In this document: one piece after another, positions 8,032 to 16,210 of the stretch
How the letters are laid out: every line of letters begins with the position of its first letter
Numbering within the stretch: the first letter of the stretch is position 1
Origin: a virus
Taxonomy: Duplodnaviria; Heunggongvirae; Uroviricota; Caudoviricetes
Reading direction: 5' to 3' (one strand)
Length of the DNA: 26,759 nt
Virus record (IMG/VR): IMGVR_UViG_2531839665_000020
Location: 1 to 26,759 of that record
Made by a program: the position numbers and the translations under genes
The notes under the pieces: generated by a model
The model's database searches: none
The model's input: the letters and a program-made list of their open reading frames with translations, nothing else
What the model was told of the DNA's origin: nothing

Positions 8032-8301
8032 TTACATCATCATTTCGCCGTCAGGCTGAGGCTCACTGCTACCGTCAGGCTGAGACACGACGCCATCTGA
8101 AACAGCACTGTCACCCGCGCCGTCTTCAGGCTCAGGAGCAGCCGGTCCCCCCAGCAGCTCATCCAGAATGGCATCCACTTCAGCATCAAGACGCGCCTCA
8201 AGATTCTGGCGGAGTTGCTGTTTCAGTGCGCTTCTGACTTCTTCAGAGCGCAGGACGTCCTTCACTGCTTCAGCAGTGACCAGAGATTTTATTTCTGACA
8301 T
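8032..8301 (-). CDS. Acidic hypothetical protein (89 aa)
   Basis: Internal ATG at 8301 chosen because the longer ORF (to 8457) overlaps the upstream 60-aa gene; product MSEIKSLVTAEAVKD... with Asp/Glu/Pro-rich tail. Confidence 0.55.
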   Translation of the reverse strand: MSEIKSLVTAEAVKDVLRSEEVRSALKQQLRQNLEARLDAEVDAILDELLGGPAAPEPEDGAGDSAVSDGVVSQPDGSSEPQPDGEMMM

Positions 8302-8338
8302 GGGATTTTCTCGTTGAAAGGTGTTGTTAAGAAAGTTG

Positions 8339-8521
8339 CTACGAAATGAGAGGCTCTTCGGGTTTTGTTCCGGCTGACTGGCTGGCGCTGATTTTTTCCG
8401 CCGCCGCGGCATCAATCTTTTTGCGTATATAGTTCCGGATAACCTTATACCCGCCACTTACCAGATATAACGTGCACACCACCGTGCAGAAATACAATAA
8501 AATAAGCTGTACAAATCTCAT
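8339..8521 (-). CDS. Small membrane protein (60 aa)
   Basis: ATG preceded by GGGAGGG; single TM helix (LILLYFCTVVCTLYLVSGGY) followed by a basic tail. Confidence 0.5.
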   Translation of the reverse strand: MRFVQLILLYFCTVVCTLYLVSGGYKVIRNYIRKKIDAAAAEKISASQSAGTKPEEPLIS

Positions 8522-8668
8522 TATCCCTCCCGGTTATTGATATGGTGTTGACATCGTTAATACCTGTTGGTTAAAAAAGTGTCCTGCATGTTTTGCTTTG
8601 GATATAACGACATTTGCCGCCGGTTCTGGCTCCTTGTTTTCCCTGCCCCGGCGGCCTTTTTTTCCTGC

Positions 8669-10606
8669 TTACGGGTTATTCACTTCCACTGTTATACTTT
8701 CAATCAGCACCGGATATGTCGCACCGCTAGTGATATCGGTCACGCGCAATTTGTCTGCCGTAAACGTGCCGACCGGTGACTGTGACAGCATGAACGGCGT
8801 CCCGTCCTTACCATCAATGACCGGCGTCACCTCAATACTGTTGTTACCGGCAAAACGGAAGCCCAGCGTATGCCATTCGTTATCAAATGCGCCGAATGAC
8901 CCCAGCTTCGTGTTCTGACCAGCATTTCCCTTGTGGTACATCACATTAAGGTCTGTGGCATCGCTCTGTACGTAAAACGACGCCAGCAGGTTATGAGCGG
9001 CATTACCTTCCAGTGTGACGCCCTGAGGCAGTGAAGAAACCGGCCAGTACAGCGCCAGTGCGTACTGATTAGCTGTCAGTGTGCCATCAACTTTAAAACG
9101 ACAACTGATAAGCCCGCCCTTCTCCAGCAGGTCTGCGCCATTACCGGCATCATGCTGCATAAACCACGAGGAACTTCCTGTCTGTTTGGTCCACCTCAGC
9201 GCCTTACCTCCTGCAGCACCTGCATCATCAACTACCAATGCACGCCCTCCTTCAGCTCCCCATCCCTGCGGATTCAGTAAACCACCTGACTCTGTTGCAC
9301 GGTAATAAAGCAGCGTTGTCACTGATTTCCCGTCCGTTGACGGTGTTGATGGTGTGTCCGGTGACGGCTTCTCATCCGGCGGCATCACAACCTGTTCCCC
9401 ACCCACCAGTTCAGCCGTCCGTCCTGCATGGAGAAGAATCGCTGAGGCAAGACGGTCAGAAATAATCCCCCTGCGTGCCCATGAGCTGAAATGGCTCGCA
9501 CGGTCTGCTGACGTCCAGTTTGCCGACGTCCGGGAGGCCGCACCGTAATATCCTGATGCCGGAATATCCGGGTCTTCTTCCGGTTTGTTCGTCGGGACAT
9601 TTGCTCCGTTCTCATCGGTCATGAACGGCACAAAGTGAATATTCTTTTCCGTTTTGTTTTTGTAACTGCCGTACACCGTCTGGTAAGTGGATTCGCTCTT
9701 CTGCTTCCAGAAATAAGTTGTGTCTCCACATATCCAGGGAACACCGTCAGCAGAACCACCAGCGCACTGTCCCACCATATCTGCAAGGTCCGTACGATAT
9801 TGTTCCACTACTTCTGTAAAACGGGCTGTGTGATTTGCTGGCGTTCCGTCAAAGTCAAATTCCCCCTGCATCCACACCACGGCAAGCAGCACATTTTTCG
9901 GGTTCTTTGCCAGCGCGGCTTTTGTACGACCGATGAGATCCTTATACAGCGGCCTGCCCACACCCCAGCGGGTAGAACTCTCTGAGGCACCGGTCACGTC
10001 ACTGTATGTTCCATCTGCCCCGGTGGTGAAAGCTGAACCACCACGGCAGCACGGAACCAGAAGAATACCCGCATTCGCCGGTATAAACGGCAGCAGCTTT
10101 TTGGCAATATGCAGCCCCTGCCCCACGGTTCCGTACTGACCTTTCGACAGGTCAGCTTTCGGATGGTTAAGACGGCTCATGTCCTGTACATCATGCAGAC
10201 AGTGGTCTGCCGGAATAATGTCGTTATATTTACAGGGAGCGCCATCCGGCGTCACTGTGCTGCGACGAGCCAGTTGCTTTATACGCGGGTCAGGACGGTC
10301 ATATGTCTGCGGCAGAGGAAGCCCCTCACCGTAAGCCATGCCGTTCGACTGCCCGGCCAGTGGAATAACGTAGTAATAATCTGGCTCCGTGGTGACCACT
10401 CCCGGATAGCCACCATCCCCCGTGCCGGGCACAACCACTGGCGTGGTCACATCCCCCTCCGCGGCAATCGCCTGCATCAGGGTATAAGGGGTTATGGCCA
10501 CCGGACTACCAAACGGCTGCCAGCCCTCTTTCAGTTTGTGTGTCAGCTTTTCCGCAAGATCTGACGGCGACGCCGCCCTGACAACATCATAATGTTTAAT
10601 CGACAT
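8669..10606 (-). CDS. nanS-p: Prophage sialate O-acetylesterase NanS-p type (DUF1737 N-terminus + SGNH esterase + C-terminal lectin-like domain)
   Basis: 645 aa; GQSN esterase motif (VIPLAGQSNGMAYGEG); length and architecture match the NanS-p proteins found downstream of stx in EHEC prophages; ATG preceded by GGGAG. Confidence 0.9.
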   Translation of the reverse strand: MSIKHYDVVRAASPSDLAEKLTHKLKEGWQPFGSPVAITPYTLMQAIAAEGDVTTPVVVPGTGDGGYPGVVTTEPDYYYVIPLAGQSNGMAYGEGLPLPQTYDRPDPRIKQLARRSTVTPDGAPCKYNDIIPADHCLHDVQDMSRLNHPKADLSKGQYGTVGQGLHIAKKLLPFIPANAGILLVPCCRGGSAFTTGADGTYSDVTGASESSTRWGVGRPLYKDLIGRTKAALAKNPKNVLLAVVWMQGEFDFDGTPANHTARFTEVVEQYRTDLADMVGQCAGGSADGVPWICGDTTYFWKQKSESTYQTVYGSYKNKTEKNIHFVPFMTDENGANVPTNKPEEDPDIPASGYYGAASRTSANWTSADRASHFSSWARRGIISDRLASAILLHAGRTAELVGGEQVVMPPDEKPSPDTPSTPSTDGKSVTTLLYYRATESGGLLNPQGWGAEGGRALVVDDAGAAGGKALRWTKQTGSSSWFMQHDAGNGADLLEKGGLISCRFKVDGTLTANQYALALYWPVSSLPQGVTLEGNAAHNLLASFYVQSDATDLNVMYHKGNAGQNTKLGSFGAFDNEWHTLGFRFAGNNSIEVTPVIDGKDGTPFMLSQSPVGTFTADKLRVTDITSGATYPVLIESITVEVNNP

Positions 10607-10949
10607 CGAATTTCTCCCGTGTACAGGAACAGAGTTAAAAAGCCGGAACCGGAATCAAATCACAGGATGACCATCTGCCAGTGGCTGGTCGTAAAAAAAA
10701 GGCCGCGCCATGCGCAGCCGGAAATAAAGGGATAACGATGATAGTTTGAGAAAAACAGAAATAACACTTTTGTGGCAAAGCATGGTGCCGGGTGCCTCCC
10801 GGTGAATTCAGTACCAGCACCTGAATCCGCGATTATCCCATATACCTAGTTGCTGATTGCCCCTCCGCACAGGGGGATTCACCATGCAGTAGTATTTTTA
10901 ATAAACAGTAAACAAAAAAATCAAGCATTATGCAGGCTGTTTCTTTTTA

Positions 10950-11087
10950 TCACCGGCCACAGCAATACCACAATGCCGCAGACCAGCCCCCATCCGCCAG
11001 CACCGACATGATTCTGCTGGTGAAATCCACCATCACCACCAGAAACAGCAGGAGTGCAGCCACAGCCAGGCGCAGTTTTACCGTCAC
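10950..11087 (-). CDS. Small hydrophobic ORF (45 aa, GTG start), speculative
   Basis: GTG overlapping the TerB-like stop (GTGA) with GGAG 10 nt upstream; product MTVKLRLAVAALLLFLVVMVDFTSRIMSVLADGGWSAALWYCCGR has one TM helix; not in the ORF track because it is under 60 aa. Confidence 0.25.
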   Translation of the reverse strand: MTVKLRLAVAALLLFLVVMVDFTSRIMSVLADGGWSAALWYCCGR

Positions 11088-11480
11088 AGGTGATTCTCCA
11101 GACGAAGCCCCAGAACACCGGCAATCTCTTCCAGCACCTTGCGCTCTTCCGGCTCAATTTCGCCGTCTGCCTCCGCAATGGCCACCGCCACATCCAGCAC
11201 ATCTTCCGCTTCACGCGTATCGCGTTTCACATCCTCGATCTCACGTAACGCCGCACGACGACCAATTTTAAAGTTCGTATCCAGCTGACCGATAATGGTT
11301 GCGCTAATCGCATTAATTTCTGACGTAAACGCGGACAGCGCTGGCTGATTACGCAGTACCTGTTCGATCTTCGCTTTCTAGGAAGCCTCACATTCACCAT
11401 TTGCACAGGCCACCAGGTATGCGGCGTTAATCACCGCCTGTGCCAGATCGCGTTTCTCAAACTTTCCTTTTTCCGGTTAA
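11084..11480 (-). pseudogene. TerB-like (tellurite-resistance TerB domain) gene remnant, disrupted
   Basis: Manual - strand translation gives ...KGKFEKRDLAQAVINAAYLVACANGECEAS(amber)KAKIEQVL...AVAIAEADGEIEPEERKVLEEIAGVLGLRLENHL with two TerB-like ADGE-type repeats; in-frame TAG at 11378-11380, upstream TAA, no usable start. Confidence 0.45.
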
Positions 11481-11579
11481 CGTGACACACCAATAACTCT
11501 TGTCGAAAAAGCCAGCAAGCTGAAAGACCGGTATTCACAACCACCAGCGCGTTTACTGTACTGGCGTGATTTCAGTCAT

Positions 11580-11606
11580 AAAAAAACCCGCCTGGCGACG
11601 GGTGTA
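11580..11606 (-). terminator. tR'-like rho-independent terminator downstream of PR'
   Basis: On the - strand: GC-rich imperfect hairpin (CACCCGTCGCCAGGCGGG) followed by TTTTTTT; about 60 nt downstream of the predicted late promoter. Confidence 0.7.
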
Positions 11607-11644
11607 AAAAATCTTCTAACGTCAGGCATAAAACGCCCATCGTT

Positions 11645-11680
11645 AGGGCAAATTTACCACAGATTCGGGAAAAATCAACA
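11645..11680 (-). promoter_or_regulatory. Late promoter PR' (with presumed qut site) immediately downstream of Q
   Basis: - strand TTGATT (11673-11678), 16-nt spacer, TAAATT (11651-11656); position relative to Q and tR' matches lambdoid late-control architecture. Confidence 0.5.
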
Positions 11681-11683
11681 AAG

Positions 11684-12505
11684 CTATCTGGTCACCTTTT
11701 TCAGTTGTTGTTCTGCCCATGCTTCTTCAATATCAAACTGCACCACCAGCGTATCGTAAAAACGTTTAACTGTTTTTTTCCATGTATCAAGAGATATGGC
11801 ATCGGTTACATTACATATGGCATTAAATGCCTCCGTTGAAGGTAATCTTTCATAGCCACGACCACCACAACGCTGGCAGTCTCTGATAACAGGCATACCA
11901 CGTTTTACCGACTCTTCACGATGAATGGCAACACCGCGCCCACGACAATCTTTACAGGCGGTGGAAACCTCCCCCTTCCCTCCACACTCCGGACAGGCAA
12001 CTTTTACCACCTCCCTGACTTTTTTCCATTCCTCCCAGTAAGACGGATACACGCCTTTTGTGCACTTTGCCCACACTGGCGGCTTACCATCCGGATACTG
12101 GATCTTGTTTGTAAAAACCTCGCTTTCAATAAATTTTTTTCCGTGACAACAGGGGCACTGTTTTTTGCTCGCCGCGCTACGGGCATAATCTTCAAACGCA
12201 TACGAAGCCATAATACGCATCACTGCCGGTTTTATTTCTGCCGGGAGTTTTCTTAACGCCGCCACGCGATCACACCGACTGAGTGCATATTCTGTCAGCA
12301 ATTCTGTTGCCCGCTCTCTGTCATTCATACTAATGCCCATTTTCCCAAGGAACGCAGAAAACCCCATCTCAGCCCAATTCTGTGTCATGCCCTGCGCGGC
12401 CATCACATCAGTGATACTCAGCGTATCTTTCGACGTTGAGGCCGATGCATCAGTCAGGCCGGGGGATTTTGGGGAGTAGTATTTCGGTAAATCTTCCAGT
12501 TTCAT
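11684..12505 (-). CDS. Q: Late antiterminator Q (phage 82/21-type, zinc-binding)
   Basis: 273 aa with four CxxC motifs (CPCCHGKK, CPECGGKG, CKDCRGRG, CQRCGGRG) and overall similarity to 82-type Q; ATGA overlap with rusA stop. Confidence 0.85.
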   Translation of the reverse strand: MKLEDLPKYYSPKSPGLTDASASTSKDTLSITDVMAAQGMTQNWAEMGFSAFLGKMGISMNDRERATELLTEYALSRCDRVAALRKLPAEIKPAVMRIMASYAFEDYARSAASKKQCPCCHGKKFIESEVFTNKIQYPDGKPPVWAKCTKGVYPSYWEEWKKVREVVKVACPECGGKGEVSTACKDCRGRGVAIHREESVKRGMPVIRDCQRCGGRGYERLPSTEAFNAICNVTDAISLDTWKKTVKRFYDTLVVQFDIEEAWAEQQLKKVTR

Positions 12506-12876
12506 TTTTTGACCTGCCCTTCAAGCATTATGGGGTAAATCTTCACCCCCAGACGTCCACCAGATACTGGCTGAGCACGAACGATATTGATTTCATCAAA
12601 CTGCTCATCGTCCATTAGCAACCCCGCATGCGTCAGCGCATCCAGCGGCGCTTTCAGAATATTGTCCAGGTCACGGCGGCGCTTATCCGGTGGCTCGGCA
12701 ATAATCTTTATCGCCAGCCTTCCGGACAGGCTTAATTTCAGCCGCTGCTGGCGAACAATAAGCGCCACAGCCCGGCGATAACGCTCACCGGCTTTTGATA
12801 CAAAATATGTGCTGCCACGACGTCGCCAGTAGGTGTTCACCGTCGGCAGGTAAAGCAAAACAAACTCTATACGCAT
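12502..12876 (-). CDS. rusA: Holliday junction resolvase RusA
   Basis: 124 aa; MRIEFVLLYLPTVNTYWRRRG... and PPDKRRRDLDNILKAPLDALTHAGLLMDDEQ match RusA catalytic region; ATG preceded by AGAGG. Confidence 0.9.
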   Translation of the reverse strand: MRIEFVLLYLPTVNTYWRRRGSTYFVSKAGERYRRAVALIVRQQRLKLSLSGRLAIKIIAEPPDKRRRDLDNILKAPLDALTHAGLLMDDEQFDEINIVRAQPVSGGRLGVKIYPIMLEGQVKK

Positions 12877-12888
12877 CAGTAACCTCTT

Positions 12889-13938
12889 TTACCCGAGCAC
12901 GCCGGTTGCAAAGGCGTGATCAAGAAAACGAAAAATTAAATCAACCTGGGAACCATGCTTTTCTTCGAACGCCAGCGGATCCGCATGAAGCTCGTTGTGA
13001 TGCTCCCGACACAGCGGTAGCGTGAAAATATCGTGGGATTTTGTTCCCATTCCGCCCTGACCATGACCAATCAGATGATGAGGATCGTCCGCTGGCTTAC
13101 CACAACACGCACACGGCTGTGTCTTTACCCAGCGTGTGTATTTCTCATTTACCCAGCGGCGACGTTTAGGTCGTTTCATGAAGGATTCCGGAGACTCCGG
13201 ATCAACGGCAATGCTGACCACCGTCTTTTCCTGTGGTGGGTTCTGTTGCTGGTGGGTGTGAGGCGGTAGCGCAATATTTTTTGTGCGCTGCTTCAGTATG
13301 CTGGTGGCGGTCTGCTCTCCCGGTACGATGTCGCTTTCGCGGTACAAGGAGCGGATTTTTTCCACACGTAACCCCAGAGAACGACGTAATACGGCCTCCG
13401 GTAGCGCGTCCGCCACCTGATTGCAGACCGCCCACCAGGATAATTCAGCCAGAGATAATTCACGCTCCTGCGTACCGCTTATTGCGTGACCGATGACGTC
13501 AATCATCCATGCTGACAGGTTTTGATGAGCAAGTTGCTCGAGTGATTCGGATGTCTGGTCCCGTAGCTGGTTGTCGCAGTGCCAGCACAACACCATTGCG
13601 CCAGTACCATAACGGTGAATGACAGTTTCGCTGTGGTGATAATCGCCGTGTGGCCACTGGCAGGATTTAATATGGCGCAACAGCCAGTCAGACAATGCAC
13701 CAGCACCACCAGCAGCACGAATCACTCGTTCGTCGCTGAAAAATGGCAGCAATGTTTTGTCTTCCACCAGCGGCTGGCGAACGGCAGGAACGACCCCGGA
13801 CGGCAGATTACGCATGCTTTTTGGTTCCGGCTCCACCAGCACTCGAGGGTTATGAAATACCTGCATGGATTCACGGCCCGGCTTAAGGACCACCAGCCCA
13901 AGTTCCGGTACCGGAACAGGTCGAAGTAATACCCGCAC
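12889..13938 (-). CDS. DUF968-type nin-region protein with C-terminal HNH-like zinc motif (YdfU-like)
   Basis: 349 aa; C-terminal CACCGKPADDPHHLIGHGQGG...CREHHNELH; GTG start with GGAGG SD; sits between RusA and hok as ydfU does in Qin. Confidence 0.8.
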   Translation of the reverse strand: MRVLLRPVPVPELGLVVLKPGRESMQVFHNPRVLVEPEPKSMRNLPSGVVPAVRQPLVEDKTLLPFFSDERVIRAAGGAGALSDWLLRHIKSCQWPHGDYHHSETVIHRYGTGAMVLCWHCDNQLRDQTSESLEQLAHQNLSAWMIDVIGHAISGTQERELSLAELSWWAVCNQVADALPEAVLRRSLGLRVEKIRSLYRESDIVPGEQTATSILKQRTKNIALPPHTHQQQNPPQEKTVVSIAVDPESPESFMKRPKRRRWVNEKYTRWVKTQPCACCGKPADDPHHLIGHGQGGMGTKSHDIFTLPLCREHHNELHADPLAFEEKHGSQVDLIFRFLDHAFATGVLG

Positions 13939-13939
13939 G

Positions 13940-14218
13940 TTACCTCCAGATGCGTTGCTGGAATGTGCGGGACGGACGCGGTGGGCGTTCGGAATAAGGG
14001 AGCCTGACGTAGATTATCCAGTGACGATAATAGAGGCTGAGGGCTTTCCTAAACTCATACCCACGCCTGCGGTAGTTCTGAATCAGCCATTCGGCCTGTT
14101 CTTCAGTGCATGGGTCATGCTGGTACCAGTCATATTTGAATGCATGAGAACGCCGCCCGTGCCTGCTGGCAAAGACGGCTGAATTATCAGAATTGTGTGG
14201 TCTGGAATTTTGCGCCAT
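13940..14218 (-). CDS. Hypothetical nin-region protein (92 aa)
   Basis: ATG with GGAG SD; stop abuts the SD of the downstream DUF968 gene; no family recognised. Confidence 0.6.
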   Translation of the reverse strand: MAQNSRPHNSDNSAVFASRHGRRSHAFKYDWYQHDPCTEEQAEWLIQNYRRRGYEFRKALSLYYRHWIIYVRLPYSERPPRPSRTFQQRIWR

Positions 14219-14284
14219 CGGTTTTCTCCGGTGGCACAGTGTTACTCAACAGGGGTTCAGCCCTGTGCTGAATTGTAGATGAAT

Positions 14285-14548
14285 TTACTCATCTTCAAAA
14301 GCAGAAAAACCAGCCTTAAGCCCAGCTTCTTTCAGAGACTGCAATGATGTGACAAATTCATTTTCACGCAAAATAAAACCATCTGTCACAAGTTCATCCA
14401 CAAAATGAATTAACGCAGCTCCACTCTTCCTTTGTTGAGACTGTAAACATTTAATACGGCAGTGGCTGACAATAGCGCCATTCTCAACGCGCACAGTATA
14501 GAGGCCATCTTCACTAAAAATTTCACGTAATTCTTCGATTTTCATCAA
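14285..14548 (-). CDS. Hypothetical protein (87 aa)
   Basis: AT-rich ORF MMKIEELREIFSEDGLYTVRVENG...; occupies the position of rem in the Qin prophage, but the sequence is not recognised. Confidence 0.55.
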   Translation of the reverse strand: MMKIEELREIFSEDGLYTVRVENGAIVSHCRIKCLQSQQRKSGAALIHFVDELVTDGFILRENEFVTSLQSLKEAGLKAGFSAFEDE

Positions 14549-14662
14549 CAGAATCCTTCCAGATAAATAGCACTCCCCTGTTCGGGGTCCATCCCTCTTC
14601 TCCCTGCGCGCTACTTAAGTATTTTTGATTCTATTCCGGCGCCGTCCGGAACTTCAAACGCG

Positions 14663-14696
14663 TTGAAAATAAAAACAAAAACCCGCCGAAGCGGGT
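14663..14696 (-). terminator. Rho-independent terminator at the 3' end of the hok transcript
   Basis: - strand hairpin ACCCGC-TTCG-GCGGGT followed by a T-rich tract; lies about 70 nt downstream of the hok stop. Confidence 0.6.
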
Positions 14697-14765
14697 TAAG
14701 TGCGGGTGCGTTGAGGATGCCTGACACATCAGAGGTGGCGAGGGATTTCTCCCCCGCCTGGTCTC

Positions 14766-14921
14766 TTACTCCTCAGGTTCGTAAGCTGTGAAGACAGCGA
14801 CCTCCGTCTGGCCGGTTCGGATTCGTACCTCGCAGAGGTCTTTCCTCGTTACCAGTGCCGTCACTATGACGGTTAAACAGATGACGATCAGGGCGATTAA
14901 CATCGCCTTTTGCTGCTTCAT
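14766..14921 (-). CDS. hok: Hok/Gef-family type I toxin (51 aa)
   Basis: MKQQKAMLIALIVICLTVIVTALVTRKDLCEVRIRTGQTEVAVFTAYEPEE matches the Hok family; ATG preceded by AAGGAGAAG; an in-frame upstream ATG at 14978 gives a 70-codon mok-like extension. Confidence 0.85.
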   Translation of the reverse strand: MKQQKAMLIALIVICLTVIVTALVTRKDLCEVRIRTGQTEVAVFTAYEPEE

Positions 14922-14924
14922 AGC

Positions 14925-15010
14925 CTGCTTCTCCTTGACCTTTCGGTCCGTAAGAGGCAATCTATATGTGACGAGCATATAGGGGCCTCACTTCGATTTA
15001 TAGTCGGGTG
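14925..15010 (+). ncRNA. Predicted Sok-like antisense RNA region (approximate)
   Basis: Placed by analogy with plasmid R1 hok/sok: leader elements GCTTGAGGCTATCTGCCTC and GATTGCCTCTTACGG resemble the R1 hok leader as I recall it; exact RNA ends not determinable by eye. Confidence 0.3.
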
Positions 15011-15112
15011 GGGCTTTTATCTATCTGCCGTTGGTGTTCATGCCCGAGGCAGATAGCCTCAAGCACCCGCAGCAATTCTACTTAACTCTGCCGTTACAGC
15101 AAGCCGTTTTCG

Positions 15113-15138
15113 TCCGATATGGGAATTCCCATATCGGA
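15113..15138. repeat. Perfect 26-bp palindrome TCCGATATGGGAATTCCCATATCGGA
   Basis: Read directly from sequence; lies between the hok leader and the terminator of the ModA-like gene. Confidence 0.9.
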
Positions 15139-15221
15139 ATGAATTCAGTTCACCTGGCGAGGCTTAGCGTACAATTTTTTCCGTTTTGTGAGCTGCCCCT
15201 ACATGCCGCTGGCGCGGCATC

Positions 15222-15253
15222 CGGAAAAAGAATCCACGTCCTGAAGGACGTGG
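15222..15253 (-). terminator. Rho-independent terminator of the ModA-like gene
   Basis: - strand hairpin CCACGTCC-TTCA-GGACGTGG 7 bp after the stop codon, followed by ATTCTTTTT. Confidence 0.65.
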
Positions 15254-15259
15254 AGGATG

Positions 15260-16018
15260 TCAAGTGCCTTTCCTGGTCCAGCCATATTTTTTGAATGCAG
15301 GCGCCGCTTCATCGGTTTGTAGCCATTCTGCAAATCGACGGGTTTCATCATTTGCATCCTGACGTACTGTAATGTTCATATCACGCCATATCACGTAGTC
15401 TGGCGCTATTTCCACGACATCACCAATTTCTGGATTACTGGCTGCCCAGTCAGCCCAGGTTATCCAGACATCTGCTTCAGGCTGATTCTCAAGAGCCTTA
15501 CGTGCAGTTCCGCTATTGGGCGCATATAAAATAATATTTTTTCGGATTGCGGCGACAGTTTCTATATTCCCTTTACGTCCGGCAATATCTTCCCAGACGC
15601 CAGTGCCTGATGTATTACTGGTACCACCACCATCATTAACAATTACGCCAATCCCGGGTCTGGTCAGGTCGTCAATACTCCGGATATTTTTAGGATTACC
15701 TTTCTTTACCAGTAAAATACTTTTTCGCAGATAAAGAGGCTGAATATCTTTTTCACTGAAGCTGTCTTTATGGTCCCGAATGATAGCCAGAGCAGATTGT
15801 TCTGATGCGCCAAACAAGATATCTGCATTTTTTTTGGCATCTTCATTCCATTTGTTCTGTGGGCCGTAATGAACGTTCACTATAATACCTGTTTTTTCGG
15901 CATAAAGTTTGGCTGCATCAAGCAAGGCTGTATGCGGGCCACCAGGACCATACAGATTGATATCAGCATAAGCAGCAGAAGACAGGAATATTAAAAAACC
16001 TGCCATTATGTTCCTCAT
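15260..16018 (-). CDS. Orphan periplasmic substrate-binding protein, ModA/TupA-like
   Basis: 252 aa; signal peptide (MAGFLIFLSSAAYA); ADILFGASEQSA and C-terminal AAPAFKKYGWTRK resemble E. coli ModA (ADLFISADQKW; AAEIFKRYGFTIK); no permease or ATPase gene adjacent. Confidence 0.8.
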   Translation of the reverse strand: MRNIMAGFLIFLSSAAYADINLYGPGGPHTALLDAAKLYAEKTGIIVNVHYGPQNKWNEDAKKNADILFGASEQSALAIIRDHKDSFSEKDIQPLYLRKSILLVKKGNPKNIRSIDDLTRPGIGVIVNDGGGTSNTSGTGVWEDIAGRKGNIETVAAIRKNIILYAPNSGTARKALENQPEADVWITWADWAASNPEIGDVVEIAPDYVIWRDMNITVRQDANDETRRFAEWLQTDEAAPAFKKYGWTRKGT

Positions 16019-16182
16019 AAAAAACTCCTTTTATTGGTTATCATGAAATAAAGTTATAAACACTACAAATAATATATATTACATCCAGATAAACTTATCC
16101 GACTTTACCTCGTGCATAGCTTGTTATTTAAAGTTAACAAAATAAGGAAAATTATACGCATATTGAAGAGTATAAACCTTAC

Positions 16183-16210
16183 ATGTTGATTACATTTTTG
16201 TAATCAACAT
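16183..16210. promoter_or_regulatory. 12-bp perfect inverted repeat ATGTTGATTACA-tttt-TGTAATCAACAT, candidate operator upstream of the ModA-like gene
   Basis: Read directly; about 165 bp upstream of the ModA-like start in an AT-rich intergenic region. Confidence 0.4.

Noticed and set aside
8598-10564. Multiple + strand ORFs (60-150 aa) inside the nanS-p gene
   Set aside because: Antisense shadows of a strongly coding 645-aa gene; Pro/Ser/Arg-rich composition.
10686-10715. Possible - strand terminator hairpin with T8 tract upstream of nanS-p
   Set aside because: The stem is imperfect (one mismatch, 3-nt loop), so it is only noted, not annotated.
10921-11271. 97-aa - strand and 113-aa + strand ORFs overlapping the TerB-like remnant
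   Set aside because: Composition is not protein-like (Trp/Arg/Cys- or Pro/His-rich) and both overlap the frame that carries recognisable TerB-like repeats.
11555-11579. Mini-ORF (MTEITPVQ) starting immediately after the tR' U-tract
   Set aside because: Only 8 codons, no SD; likely chance ATG rather than the start of the TerB-like gene.
10607-11683. Search for stx genes and for tRNA genes (ileZ/argN/argO-like) between Q and nanS-p
   Set aside because: No GGTTCGAATCC-type T-loop or CCA-end cloverleaf candidates seen by eye and no Stx signal-peptide ORFs present; a tRNA search tool would be needed to exclude tRNAs formally.
15031-15294. 87-aa + strand ORF between hok and the ModA-like gene
   Set aside because: Lies over the palindrome-rich hok leader and the ModA-like terminator and overlaps the ModA-like 3' end; no SD; considered non-coding.
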